Assembly (NCBI GenBank): GCA_016432625.1
Contig: CP066697.1
Coordinates: 522,561 to 586,560 of the forward strand
Direction: 5' to 3'
From: Candidatus Berkelbacteria bacterium
GTDB lineage: Bacteria > Patescibacteriota > UBA1384 > 2-12-FULL-50-11
DNA: 64,000 bases
The notes under the pieces are model-generated. The model made no database searches, was not told where the DNA came from, and worked only from the letters and a program-made list of their open reading frames with translations. A program made the position numbers and the translations under genes. Position 1 is the stretch's first letter. Each line of letters opens with the position of its first letter. This document shows positions 1-8,734 of this stretch, one piece after another.

Positions 1-330
1 ACCACCAAAGCCCAGCGGAGTTCGTGGGAAGGGAGCTGGTCAAACGGCGACGCCGACACCGGAACCATTTCCTTCAACATCCGCGACAACCAGCGGGTCG
101 AAGGCTCTGCCTACTGCGACTTCCTGAGCCAGTACGGTCAGGTTGTCGGAACGACCAACGCACAGGGCGACCTTGATCTCCGGATTACGTTCCCATCGCT
201 CTCGGTCCACGTCTTCGGGCGTGTCGAGAGGTACAACGGAACGGCCAGGGGCACGGTCAACGCAAACTGGAGCAATCAGCAGAACACCATCTGGCTGCTC
301 GAGCTCACCATGGTCGACTACGACTACTGA
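1..330 (+). CDS. Hypothetical protein, 3' part (runs off window start)
   Basis: Frame 1 is open from base 1 to TGA at 328-330 (TTKAQRSSWEGSWSNG...LELTMVDYDY*) and is followed by a terminator hairpin; not in the ORF track. Confidence 0.6.
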   Translation, partial: TTKAQRSSWEGSWSNGDADTGTISFNIRDNQRVEGSAYCDFLSQYGQVVGTTNAQGDLDLRITFPSLSVHVFGRVERYNGTARGTVNANWSNQQNTIWLLELTMVDYDY

Positions 331-344
331 AAAGGGACCCGTTC

Positions 345-386
345 AAGGGGGCGGCACGCACACTGCGTGACCGCCCCTTTTTCTTT
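345..386 (+). terminator. Intrinsic terminator
   Basis: GGGGCGG...CCGCCCC stem with inner CACGCA/TGCGTG helix, followed by a T-run. Confidence 0.7.
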
Positions 387-412
387 CCCCCCGTTTTTGC
401 CACAATCTGCTC

Positions 413-1264
413 ATGCCGGAACTACCAGAAGTCGAAACAGTTAAACGCAGTCTAGACAAGGCGATTAAAGGCCAAACTATCAAAGATATCGAAGTTCGTG
501 ACTACAAGATTTTTCGCGGCAAACGTCACGATGTAATCGGTGCGAAAATCAACGAGATCGAGCGGCGGGCTAAGACGCTTATTTGGCGCCTTTCTAACGG
601 TAAATTCCTACTTTTTCATCTAAAAATGACGGGCCAGATGCTTTACGATTCTGATGATCACAAACAAATTGCCGGCGGGGGCCACCCAGATGCAGAATAT
701 TTACAGAAACCGCCGCATAAACACACCTATATTATCTTCACGCTCGATAAGGGTCACCTCTACTTTAACGACCTGCGGAAATTCGGCTGGATCAAGGTAT
801 TAGACGACGACACCTTAAAACAAGAGGTCGCAAAATATGGCCCGGAAGTTGATTGGCCCGAATTTAGCTTTCAATTTTTCACAGAAAAATTGAAGTTGAG
901 GCCGAGAATGAAGATAAAAACCATGCTCATGGACCAGTCGTTTATTTCCGGCATCGGCAATATCTATTCTGACGAGATACTTTTTAAAGCGAAAATCCTC
1001 CCGACCCGACCGGTAAAAGACCTGTCCGAGCCAGAGTTACGAGCTATTTACGATCATATTAAACCAGTGCTCGAGTTAGCGATTGAGCACGGCGGCACCA
1101 CGCTAAAAGATTACCGAAAGCTCGACGGGTCTATCGGCGACTTTTTGCAGCACGCTAACGTCTACCACCGGCACGGGCAGCCTTGCAAAGTTTGTAGCAC
1201 AAAAATCGAACGCATAGTTGTCAACGGCCGTTCCGCGCATTTCTGCCCAAATTGCCAGAAATAG
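413..1264 (+). CDS. mutM: Formamidopyrimidine-DNA glycosylase
   Basis: N-terminal MPELPEVE, HLKMTG, GIGNIYSDE H2TH motif, C-terminal CKVC...CPNCQ zinc finger. Confidence 0.97.
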   Translation: MPELPEVETVKRSLDKAIKGQTIKDIEVRDYKIFRGKRHDVIGAKINEIERRAKTLIWRLSNGKFLLFHLKMTGQMLYDSDDHKQIAGGGHPDAEYLQKPPHKHTYIIFTLDKGHLYFNDLRKFGWIKVLDDDTLKQEVAKYGPEVDWPEFSFQFFTEKLKLRPRMKIKTMLMDQSFISGIGNIYSDEILFKAKILPTRPVKDLSEPELRAIYDHIKPVLELAIEHGGTTLKDYRKLDGSIGDFLQHANVYHRHGQPCKVCSTKIERIVVNGRSAHFCPNCQK

Positions 1265-1763
1265 TTACGGCCAGGTTTTCTTGTTTTCCCAAAGGGCTTT
1301 TTCGCCCATTCTGCGACGTTCAACTTGGACTAATTCCTGAAAAATACCGTCAATCAAATCATACTTCTTCGCCTCTTCGATCGTTACCCAGGCGAACTCG
1401 TCAGACTCTTCTTTTTTGTAACTCGATTTCTCCGGAAACGTAAGTAGCCACGCAGCTTAGGACGATTGACGGCGAACCGTCCTCATGAACGCGCGCTAAA
1501 CTAGTCAGGTACTCTACTTCACTGATTTCGATACCAACCTCCTCTTTGACCTCGCGGGCTAACGTGCGCTCCAAGACGTTGTACCAATAAGCCTCCGTAT
1601 CTCTGGGTAGTGCGAGGTAATCTTTAGCTTCGAGCCGTCCACCGGGCACCGTCCACATTCCTGGAAAACGTTTCTTATTTTTTGAGCGTCGGAGGATCAG
1701 ATATCTATCATCACGAATAATAATGGCTGTTATGGCGACTTCGTGCAGAAATTTATTCTCCAT
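1265..1763 (-). pseudogene. Nudix hydrolase (MutT-like), split by a frameshift in an A6 run
   Basis: MENKFLHEV...WTVPGGRLE...LAREVKEEVG Nudix box; the frame stops at 1401, but removing one A at 1412-1417 continues EESDEFAWVTIEEAKKYDLIDGIF...WP* to TAA at 1265. Confidence 0.8.
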
Positions 1764-1801
1764 GAGGCCATTAAACTCGGGTGTACAATGAATGCAAAGA
1801 A

Positions 1802-1933
1802 ATGGAATTGAATTCAACAATAATCATCGGCGCGCTGGTACTGCTCTTAGTAGTGGCGATCCTAAAGAAGCTACTGAAATTCGCTTTGTTTTTAGTGATT
1901 GTCGGCGCGATCTACTGGTTTTTCTTTAGGTAG
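1802..1933 (+). CDS. Small two-helix membrane protein (43 aa)
   Basis: MELNSTIIIGALVLLLVVAILKKLLKFALFLVIVGAIYWFFFR*; TACAAT at 1784-1789; hairpin after the stop. Confidence 0.7.
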   Translation: MELNSTIIIGALVLLLVVAILKKLLKFALFLVIVGAIYWFFFR

Positions 1934-1938
1934 TTGAA

Positions 1939-1966
1939 CGGCTCCGACCTAAAGAGGTGGGAGCCG
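1939..1966. terminator. Hairpin between two convergent small ORFs
   Basis: CGGCTCC-ACCT/AGGT-GGAGCCG inverted repeat. Confidence 0.5.
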
Positions 1967-1979
1967 ATCGGTCGGGCCG

Positions 1980-2090
1980 CTATTGATGGCGGCGGTTGCG
2001 TCGTCTGCCCAGTTTCTTGGGCTTTCCCCCGTTGCGCTCGTCTCGCTTCTGCTTCTTAGCGCGAATGCTTGCTTGACAACTTCGTGACAC
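1980..2090 (-). CDS. Small highly basic peptide (36 aa)
   Basis: GTG start with GGAGG 12 nt upstream; MSRSCQASIRAKKQKRDERNGGKPKKLGRRRNRRHQ*. Confidence 0.5.
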   Translation of the reverse strand: MSRSCQASIRAKKQKRDERNGGKPKKLGRRRNRRHQ

Positions 2091-2285
2091 TATCTTTTCA
2101 TTCCTCCGTCAGTGTCCCAAAAGGGCCCCATAAGCATACACATCAACTCAACAATTCGGAACTTGTTCGCTCGTTGACTACGGAGTGCCAAAAAATTACA
2201 ATACAAATCTCTGCCAAAGAGGTGGCTGGGCTTGGCCTAGTCGGGAGGAAACAATGCACTTCTCAGTTCAACACAGGGGGGATGA

Positions 2286-2678
2286 ATGAACGTCAGAGTT
2301 TTGAGCGGCGTCGTCAAAGACGACTTGGGTCTTGGGCGATTTCCGGTGACGTTTCTCTGCGTCAGCGACATCGATTCGTCGATGAGCGTCGAAGAATGCC
2401 GTCATGCATTCGAGGTCACGAAAGCTTTCTGTAGCCTCTACGGTGACCAGACTATCTTCATCCAGGCTACGACCGATCAGCCGATCGACAACGCGCCACG
2501 CCAGCACTGCCTAGCAATCGCAAACGCCTTGGCCGATCGGGCGGAAGGACAGCGAACAATCGGCCTCTATAGAAGCCCCACCGAAAACAACCCCGCCGAT
2601 TTTGAGCTCGTCAAGCCTGGAACGGCTTTCGCGGGACGACACACCATCCCCTTTTCGTCATTCTCCTTCGTCTACTAG
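2286..2678 (+). CDS. Hypothetical protein
   Basis: 130 aa ORF with a G-rich RBS; perfect 13-bp hairpin just after the stop (2691-2720). Confidence 0.55.
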   Translation: MNVRVLSGVVKDDLGLGRFPVTFLCVSDIDSSMSVEECRHAFEVTKAFCSLYGDQTIFIQATTDQPIDNAPRQHCLAIANALADRAEGQRTIGLYRSPTENNPADFELVKPGTAFAGRHTIPFSSFSFVY

Positions 2679-2775
2679 GCGAGGGAGACCAGTGGCGCGA
2701 CCTTCCGAGGTCGCGCCACTCTGCTATATTAGCGAGCAATATGCAAGAAAGATTGAGCAACGCACGTAAACAGAA

Positions 2776-2802
2776 CGCCCTGGTCCAGAGAGGACCAGGG
2801 CG
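2776..2802 (-). terminator. purL terminator
   Basis: CGCCCTGGTCC/GGACCAGGGCG stem followed by TTCTGTTT on the minus strand. Confidence 0.65.
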
Positions 2803-2807
2803 CATAT

Positions 2808-5800
2808 TCAGTTGTTGTCGCACCAGTTACGGGCGTTTTGGAATAACTCAAGCCAAGGGCCTTCCCTAGACACGAGGTCGGAAGGCAACCAGGGCCAATT
2901 CCACCATTCCAACGTCCGCTCAGGGTGCGGCATGATCGCCAAGTGGCGACCATTTGGTGAGCATAGCGCGGCGATACCGGCAGGGCTTCCATTCGGGTTG
3001 AATGGGTAACTTTCCACCGAACCATCCGCGATGCCCCCTTGAGGGTAGGAGAACCTGACGGGTGCCAGATTCTCATCGAGGATTCGCTGGAGCGTTTCCT
3101 CTTGAGGAACGTGTAATCGTCCCTCTCCATGGGCAACCCAGATTCCTAGCCTGGAACCCTCCATGTCTTTCAACATAATGGCCGGACTGGGCAGGATCTT
3201 CACCGTCGAGAACCGACTCTCGAACTGCCTACTCGCACCCGCCGAAGCGTTGTGGATGAACCTCGGCTGTGCGTCTTCGGTGAGACCGAAGCTTGGACCA
3301 GGGACCCAGCCCAAAAGTGCCATCAACTGGCAGCCGTTACATACTCCTAGCGAGAAAGTGTCTGGCTGCTCATAGAACCTCTGAAACTCCTCGGCAAGCC
3401 GGGAGTTAAAGCGAATCACTCCAGCCCATCCCTTTCCGGCGTCAAGAACGTCGCCGAAGGAGAATCCCCCGACGAACGCCACACCCCGGAAATCTCGAAG
3501 CGAAATGCGACCTGCAAGCAGATCGTTCATCGTCACGTCGAAGGGGGTGAAACCGCCTTTGAAGAAGGCCGCGGCCATTTCACGATCGCTGTTACTTCCC
3601 TGCTCGCGTAGAATAGCCACTCGCGGTTCGGTGCCAGTCCTTGCCTTAATCCGGAATTGCTTCCAAGGATCAAAGGTTAGGTGGTAAGCCGGTATAGCCA
3701 CTTGAGTGGCCAGAACCCTATGCTCAGCTTCCGCGTGAGCCGGGTCAGCTTGTAGCTTCTCCAGCTCAGTGCTCGTTCGTTCCCACTGCCCCCTAAGGGT
3801 CAGCATCTCGCTAGTTAGCACCGTGTCGTTGTTGACCTGAATCTGAACAGAAAGGTCAGACGTCGCCTTGCCAATTTCTCGGAAAGGCACGTCCTCAGTC
3901 CACAACCGCCTCCTTACGCTCACTACTTTTTCCTTGGAGCAGCCGAGGATGAGGCCTGGCTCCTCACTAAAGAGTAGCGACAGGGGGTCTGCGTCACTCC
4001 GCAGCGAAATGTCCAGGCCGGTACAACCGGCGAAGGCCATCTCGAGCAAAGTTACGATCAGTCCGCCATCACTCCGGTCGTGTACCGAGTTCACCGCTCC
4101 TTTTCGAACGAGTGTCTGAACCACGGTGAACGTCTTCTTGAGTAACTCCAGGTCATCTACGTCCGGCGATTCGTCACCCACCTGACCATAGACTTGAGCG
4201 AGGGCCGAACCGCCGAGGCGATTCTTTCCTTTACCAAGGTCAATGTAGATGAGCTCTGAACCTTCAGGAACCGCGGCGTTTACTTTGCGCGTGACGTCAG
4301 ACGTCGGCGCGTAGTTTGCTACTACGAGTTCGCCTGGCGCCTTAACCACGTGCTCGGAGCCATCCTGGGCTTTCATCTTGGCGGCCATAGACAGACTGTC
4401 CTTGCCGCCATCGATAGCCATTCCGCATTCGACAAGGATGTCGCGAAGGGCTTGCGCTGCTTCGAGAAGCCACGCGCCTTCACCTATGAGCTTGGGAGCC
4501 CACATCCAGTTCGCCGAACAGCGAATGTCCTGCATTTTCGTGATCGGCACGCCGACCATGTTTAGCAAGGCTTCCGCTACCGTTAGGCGCGCCATGGCCG
4601 CCGGAGAGATTAGCCCTTTCATGGGCTGTTCCCCGAGGCTCAGAACGACACCGCTGGTTTCGAAATGACTTTGCGCCATCACGGCGCAGTCGGCGAGCGT
4701 GACATGCATTGGCCCGATGCATTGCTGCTGAGCCACTAAACCCGTCACGCACCGATCTACTTTAGTCGTGAGGAACCGCTTCGAGGCCACTGCTGGGAGC
4801 AGTAGCACTCGCACCAGCGCCTCTTCCACAGTCAGGTTGTCCGGGAGCCGAAGTGGCTCACGAACGGCTTTGACTCGTGTGAGGTTGAAGGTTTTCTGGG
4901 GGAGCTTCTCCAGGACGAGGTCCAAAGGCAGAGCTACCGGCGTGGTGCCGTCGCTCTCATCGTGCAGGATCAACAAACCGTCGCCGGTCACTTGCCCCAC
5001 AATCGCCATAGGAACGCCTTCGCGTTCACAGATTACTTGGAGGGCCGTCAGACCATCTTCTGTAGCCAGTAACGCTTCACGCTCTTGGCTCTCGTTCGCC
5101 CAGATCTCTGCCACCGAAAGGCTTGTGTCGCCTATTGGAAGGTGCCGCAGCTCAATCCGTGCACCCGCCGGAACTACCAGCTCCGGGAGAGCATTGCAGT
5201 CACCGCCAGCACCTAGGTCGTGAATTGACACGATCGGATTCTTTTCGCCAAGCTCGCTACAGGTCTGTACGACCCGCCACATTCGCTGCTCCATTTCGGG
5301 GTTACCGCGCTGAACAGCGTTAAAATCGAGCTCCGCACGATTCTCGCCTTGGATCATGGAGCTTGCTGCTCCACCACCAAGACCGATCCGATACGCCGGG
5401 CCACCGAGCTGCACAAGGAACATTCCCTTTTGGGGGATTCCCTTTTCGACGTGACGCTCGTCAATCTGACCAGCACCAACGGTGTACATCACCGGCTTTG
5501 TCCAGCTCCGCCACTCTCCGCCAACTTCCAACCCCGCCGTTCGTGTAAACCCGTAGATCACGGGTTCGCCGAAACAGTTTCCGTAGTCGGATGCACCGTC
5601 GCTTGCCCGAATGAGGATGTCGAGCGGTGAAGCCCACTCATCCGGATGCGCCCAGCTCCCCATTTCCCACGGCTGTTCAAAGCCAGGGATTTGGAGATTG
5701 CCTACGCAGTATGCAGCACCAGCTACGCCCATTATTCCGGCCCTGCCAACGGATAGGTTGTCACGAATGCGACCACCTGTTCCGGTAGCTGCCCCGGGGT

Positions 5801-6749
5801 ACGGAGCTTTGCCAGACGGCATATTGTGCGTTTCAGCGGTAAGCGTTGGATGCAGGTTGCGGTGAGTGGTGTCGAAAGCCACCGGCTCCCCCGGACGAGT
5901 GGACACAAGGGTCCATACTCCCGAGGAAACCTTGATAGCCGAACTGTCATCGTGAAAGGCGATGAGCGAATTGCCCGGAGAGCGTATCCATGGAGTTCTA
6001 ACGATCTCCATCAGACTCTCTGGCTGCTCCACATCATCTACCACTAACCGACCCTTGAAGAACCAGTGACGGCAGTGCTCAGAGTTCGCTTGCGCGATCT
6101 GCATAAGCTCCACGTTTGTTGGATCGCGCTCTAGCACCTCTACGAAAAGGTTCAAACAGAGCGCCAAATCTTGGTCGTCGTCCATCCCAAGCCCAAGCTG
6201 CTTGTTCTCGTACCGCAGTACATCTATTCCACCCTGTAGAAGGGGGATGACGCGCATTGGTTCAGGAAGCATATCGTGCTCCAGGCTGTCGAGCGGCACC
6301 TCATAGCGCTGCTCCGTCATGCGATCGTGGAGGGATCCAGCGAGAGTCTCCCATTGCTGAGAGGTTAGCCGATATCCGGTGGCTATGAGCGGTTGATAGC
6401 GGCGCGAGCGTTCAAGCCGCACCACCTGATTCAATCCGCACTTGTGACAAATCTCCACGGCCGACGACGAAAAAGGCGTTTCGAAGTTCAGCCGAGGCCC
6501 AACTTCGATAATCCCATCACGCTCATCGAGAAACGTTTTCTGCCCAAACTGATCGGGCTCGAACGTCTCACCGAGAAGCCAGACAAGGCGTGCCTCTTGT
6601 TGAGGCGAGAGCGGCGCGCTCAGCTTGACGTAATAGCAGTACTCCGTGTGAATGCTGTTGATGTTGAGTCCAAGCTGTCTGCGCGCACGGTCGACGAGGG
6701 TTTCAGTTCCTTGCGCTGTCAGCGCAGGAGTTCGGTAGAATCTTTTCAT
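2808..6749 (-). CDS. purL: Phosphoribosylformylglycinamidine synthase, large fused form
   Basis: NSEHCRH, AETHN, GAATGTGGRIRD, SIHDLGAGG, GGKDSLSM, HDRSDGG; glutaminase GVCNGCQ and MPHPER; likely start ATG at 6749 (MKRFYR). Confidence 0.96.
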   Translation of the reverse strand: MKRFYRTPALTAQGTETLVDRARRQLGLNINSIHTEYCYYVKLSAPLSPQQEARLVWLLGETFEPDQFGQKTFLDERDGIIEVGPRLNFETPFSSSAVEICHKCGLNQVVRLERSRRYQPLIATGYRLTSQQWETLAGSLHDRMTEQRYEVPLDSLEHDMLPEPMRVIPLLQGGIDVLRYENKQLGLGMDDDQDLALCLNLFVEVLERDPTNVELMQIAQANSEHCRHWFFKGRLVVDDVEQPESLMEIVRTPWIRSPGNSLIAFHDDSSAIKVSSGVWTLVSTRPGEPVAFDTTHRNLHPTLTAETHNMPSGKAPYPGAATGTGGRIRDNLSVGRAGIMGVAGAAYCVGNLQIPGFEQPWEMGSWAHPDEWASPLDILIRASDGASDYGNCFGEPVIYGFTRTAGLEVGGEWRSWTKPVMYTVGAGQIDERHVEKGIPQKGMFLVQLGGPAYRIGLGGGAASSMIQGENRAELDFNAVQRGNPEMEQRMWRVVQTCSELGEKNPIVSIHDLGAGGDCNALPELVVPAGARIELRHLPIGDTSLSVAEIWANESQEREALLATEDGLTALQVICEREGVPMAIVGQVTGDGLLILHDESDGTTPVALPLDLVLEKLPQKTFNLTRVKAVREPLRLPDNLTVEEALVRVLLLPAVASKRFLTTKVDRCVTGLVAQQQCIGPMHVTLADCAVMAQSHFETSGVVLSLGEQPMKGLISPAAMARLTVAEALLNMVGVPITKMQDIRCSANWMWAPKLIGEGAWLLEAAQALRDILVECGMAIDGGKDSLSMAAKMKAQDGSEHVVKAPGELVVANYAPTSDVTRKVNAAVPEGSELIYIDLGKGKNRLGGSALAQVYGQVGDESPDVDDLELLKKTFTVVQTLVRKGAVNSVHDRSDGGLIVTLLEMAFAGCTGLDISLRSDADPLSLLFSEEPGLILGCSKEKVVSVRRRLWTEDVPFREIGKATSDLSVQIQVNNDTVLTSEMLTLRGQWERTSTELEKLQADPAHAEAEHRVLATQVAIPAYHLTFDPWKQFRIKARTGTEPRVAILREQGSNSDREMAAAFFKGGFTPFDVTMNDLLAGRISLRDFRGVAFVGGFSFGDVLDAGKGWAGVIRFNSRLAEEFQRFYEQPDTFSLGVCNGCQLMALLGWVPGPSFGLTEDAQPRFIHNASAGASRQFESRFSTVKILPSPAIMLKDMEGSRLGIWVAHGEGRLHVPQEETLQRILDENLAPVRFSYPQGGIADGSVESYPFNPNGSPAGIAALCSPNGRHLAIMPHPERTLEWWNWPWLPSDLVSREGPWLELFQNARNWCDNN

Positions 6750-6867
6750 TTTTCCGTACTTCCGTTCTGTTAAGGATACAGAGGCACATAGCAAAGCAGT
6801 GCCTTGCGGCACCCCTCTATCCCATGGACTCCGCGGCTATTCTATCAGTTACCCGTGAATAATAAAG

Positions 6868-7014
6868 TGTGGACCGTTGGGGACCGCGAGTCCGTACGCG
6901 GACTCGTCTTCTCACTAACGTTCAAAGTCGGACCCTGGGTTCGAGTCCGAGTAATCGAACATCGAAAAAGCCGAGGCAAAATGCCTCGACCTTTTCGATG
7001 TGGACCGTTGGGGA
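6868..7014. repeat. 16-bp direct repeat of the tRNA-Ala 3' end (att-like) flanking a hairpin-rich spacer
   Basis: TGTGGACCGTTGGGGA at 6868-6883 and 6999-7014. Confidence 0.85.
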
Positions 7015-7073
7015 TTCGAACCCCATGCCTCCGCCATGCAAAGGCGGCGCTCTACCAAGTGAGCTAACGGCCC
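7001..7073 (-). tRNA. tRNA-Ala(UGC)
   Basis: GGGCCGT/ACGGTCC acceptor stem with G3:U70, anticodon arm CCGCC-TTTGCAT-GGCGG, TTCGAAT T-loop; CCA not encoded. Confidence 0.96.
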
Positions 7074-7118
7074 GATTGAGCTTGCTCAGTAGCGCTGAGA
7101 CTACCGAGCAAGCCGTGT

Positions 7119-7361
7119 TCATTCGACAAAAACCGGGAGCGGTTCTTGCTTGATGACTGAGATGAGCTCGACGCCGAGGTGACCAGTTTGGTACTTGTTG
7201 GCGAGTGCCATGATCTTGCGCTCGATTGCATCGCGATCCTTGTCGAGTAACGACTGGCTCTCGCCAGCGTTGATCCGACGGACGAGCATGGCGTCTTCTC
7301 GAAACAGCTCTTCAGCGTATGCGGCATCAGTCTGTCTGTCTTCATCCGAAATCGTAACCAA
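7119..7361 (-). CDS. Hypothetical protein
   Basis: 80 aa ORF with GGAGG upstream of a TTG start. Confidence 0.5.
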   Translation of the reverse strand: MVTISDEDRQTDAAYAEELFREDAMLVRRINAGESQSLLDKDRDAIERKIMALANKYQTGHLGVELISVIKQEPLPVFVE

Positions 7362-7450
7362 GGCTTGCCTCCAAGGTGCGGTACTCGACCCCCAATTGGT
7401 GGGAGTCGGCTGAGGCCAATATTACTCTTTTCGGCTTAAGATGTCAGCAG

Positions 7451-7651
7451 TTAGAAGACGTAAATTACGGTTATGATTATTAGCACCACGCCGAGTAGCT
7501 TCCACATCGTATAGGTGCCACCTTCGCCCAAGTATTTTTCAGCAAGGTAGCTATGGCCAACGAGTTGAGTCAGCTGATAATTGTACTTCACTAATACCGT
7601 TCCTAAGACGAAGCCGCCAATCAGAATCAAGATCTTCAGAAGAATAGCCAT
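7451..7651 (-). CDS. Small membrane protein
   Basis: 66 aa, two hydrophobic helices, immediately downstream of 7653-8168. Confidence 0.75.
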   Translation of the reverse strand: MAILLKILILIGGFVLGTVLVKYNYQLTQLVGHSYLAEKYLGEGGTYTMWKLLGVVLIIITVIYVF

Positions 7652-7652
7652 C

Positions 7653-8168
7653 TCAAGTCAATAATACATAAAGTCCGACGATAATAACTAGGAGCTGCGA
7701 AGCGAAGCCCCACCAAGTCGGAACCTGACGTCGCGCTTCCTCGCTAATGTGATTACGTTCATGAAACCCGCGCTCAATCAAAACACCCGGAACATATTTT
7801 GTAACCTTATTTACAAGCGGGATATTGTCTATTAAGTCTGGGAAGAACCCGCCGAGCGCGCCCCAAAAAACGGGACTCGTCCAGATCGGGAGCTCTCCTC
7901 TCGTTTGAACGACAAGGAAAACTATTACTGCTGCGGCGGTAACATCAACAATGCCTGAGGCAATTCCTATTGGCGGGACGTCTTTTAGCTCAACGCCGCT
8001 CGGGTAGCCGTGGATGTCTTTACCAAAGATATTTTCCCAATGCGGTATTTTATCGAGGACATAATGAGAAGCCCAGCCAGCAGCGAACGCAATTGCGGGC
8101 GCAGCTGGCAATTCGACGACAAATGACCCGAGCGCTGCGCCAACTACCGCGTGTGGAATTGTAAGCAT
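7653..8168 (-). CDS. Membrane-bound metal-dependent hydrolase (YdjM-like)
   Basis: PH...SHYVLDKIPH...PDLID...H motifs with TM helices. Confidence 0.65.
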   Translation of the reverse strand: MLTIPHAVVGAALGSFVVELPAAPAIAFAAGWASHYVLDKIPHWENIFGKDIHGYPSGVELKDVPPIGIASGIVDVTAAAVIVFLVVQTRGELPIWTSPVFWGALGGFFPDLIDNIPLVNKVTKYVPGVLIERGFHERNHISEEARRQVPTWWGFASQLLVIIVGLYVLLT

Positions 8169-8229
8169 GTTTCCATTCTACAACGATCCCCTGGCGTATT
8201 CGCCAGGGGATGTCGGGTTTGGAGAGGGC

Positions 8230-8652
8230 CTAGAGCAGGCAGTCCAGTACGTCCTTCTCGATCTGGACGCGGGTGCCCGGGTCAGTCCATGTATACAGCT
8301 TCTTCGCGTCCGCGATGTGCATTCGGATGCAGCCGTTTGAGGCTGGGTATGCCGGAACGCTGTGGTAGCCGTGTATCAGGATGTGACCGACGAGCCGTTG
8401 TGGGTAGTAGAGCGTTCCACCGCCGTACTTGGGCAAGGCTTTGCCCCGGGTTCGCTTGTCGTGGATAAAGAAGGTGCCTGTTGGCGTCTTCTTCCCAGGA
8501 CGAGCAGTCGAGACCGAGAACTGCATCACTGCTTCGAGTCCTTCGAAACAGGTCATAGTCTGGTCTTTCAGGTCGACGACGATGAATTTGTCCTGCGCAT
8601 CAGTAGCCGAGAGGCCGCCAATAGCAAGAACAGCGAGTAAAGTTGCAAACAC
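8230..8652 (-). CDS. L,D-transpeptidase (YkuD family), secreted
   Basis: Signal peptide, IVVDL...VSTA...TPTGTF, IHG...SNGCIRM catalytic His/Cys; RBS GGAGG; hairpin at 8186-8211. Confidence 0.88.
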   Translation of the reverse strand: MFATLLAVLAIGGLSATDAQDKFIVVDLKDQTMTCFEGLEAVMQFSVSTARPGKKTPTGTFFIHDKRTRGKALPKYGGGTLYYPQRLVGHILIHGYHSVPAYPASNGCIRMHIADAKKLYTWTDPGTRVQIEKDVLDCLL

Positions 8653-8734
8653 TTTTTTCGATCCTCCGTGAACGCCTTGTGAGACGTGGAAACTACACTA
8701 ACAGATTATGAGGAAAAATCCAGGGCTTTAAGAG

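Noticed and set aside
143-370. 75-aa ORF from the track
   Set aside because: Overlaps the better frame-1 ORF (1-330) and runs into its terminator.
6928-6950. A plus-strand tRNA around GGTTCGAGTCC
   Set aside because: No D-arm, anticodon arm or acceptor stem can be built.
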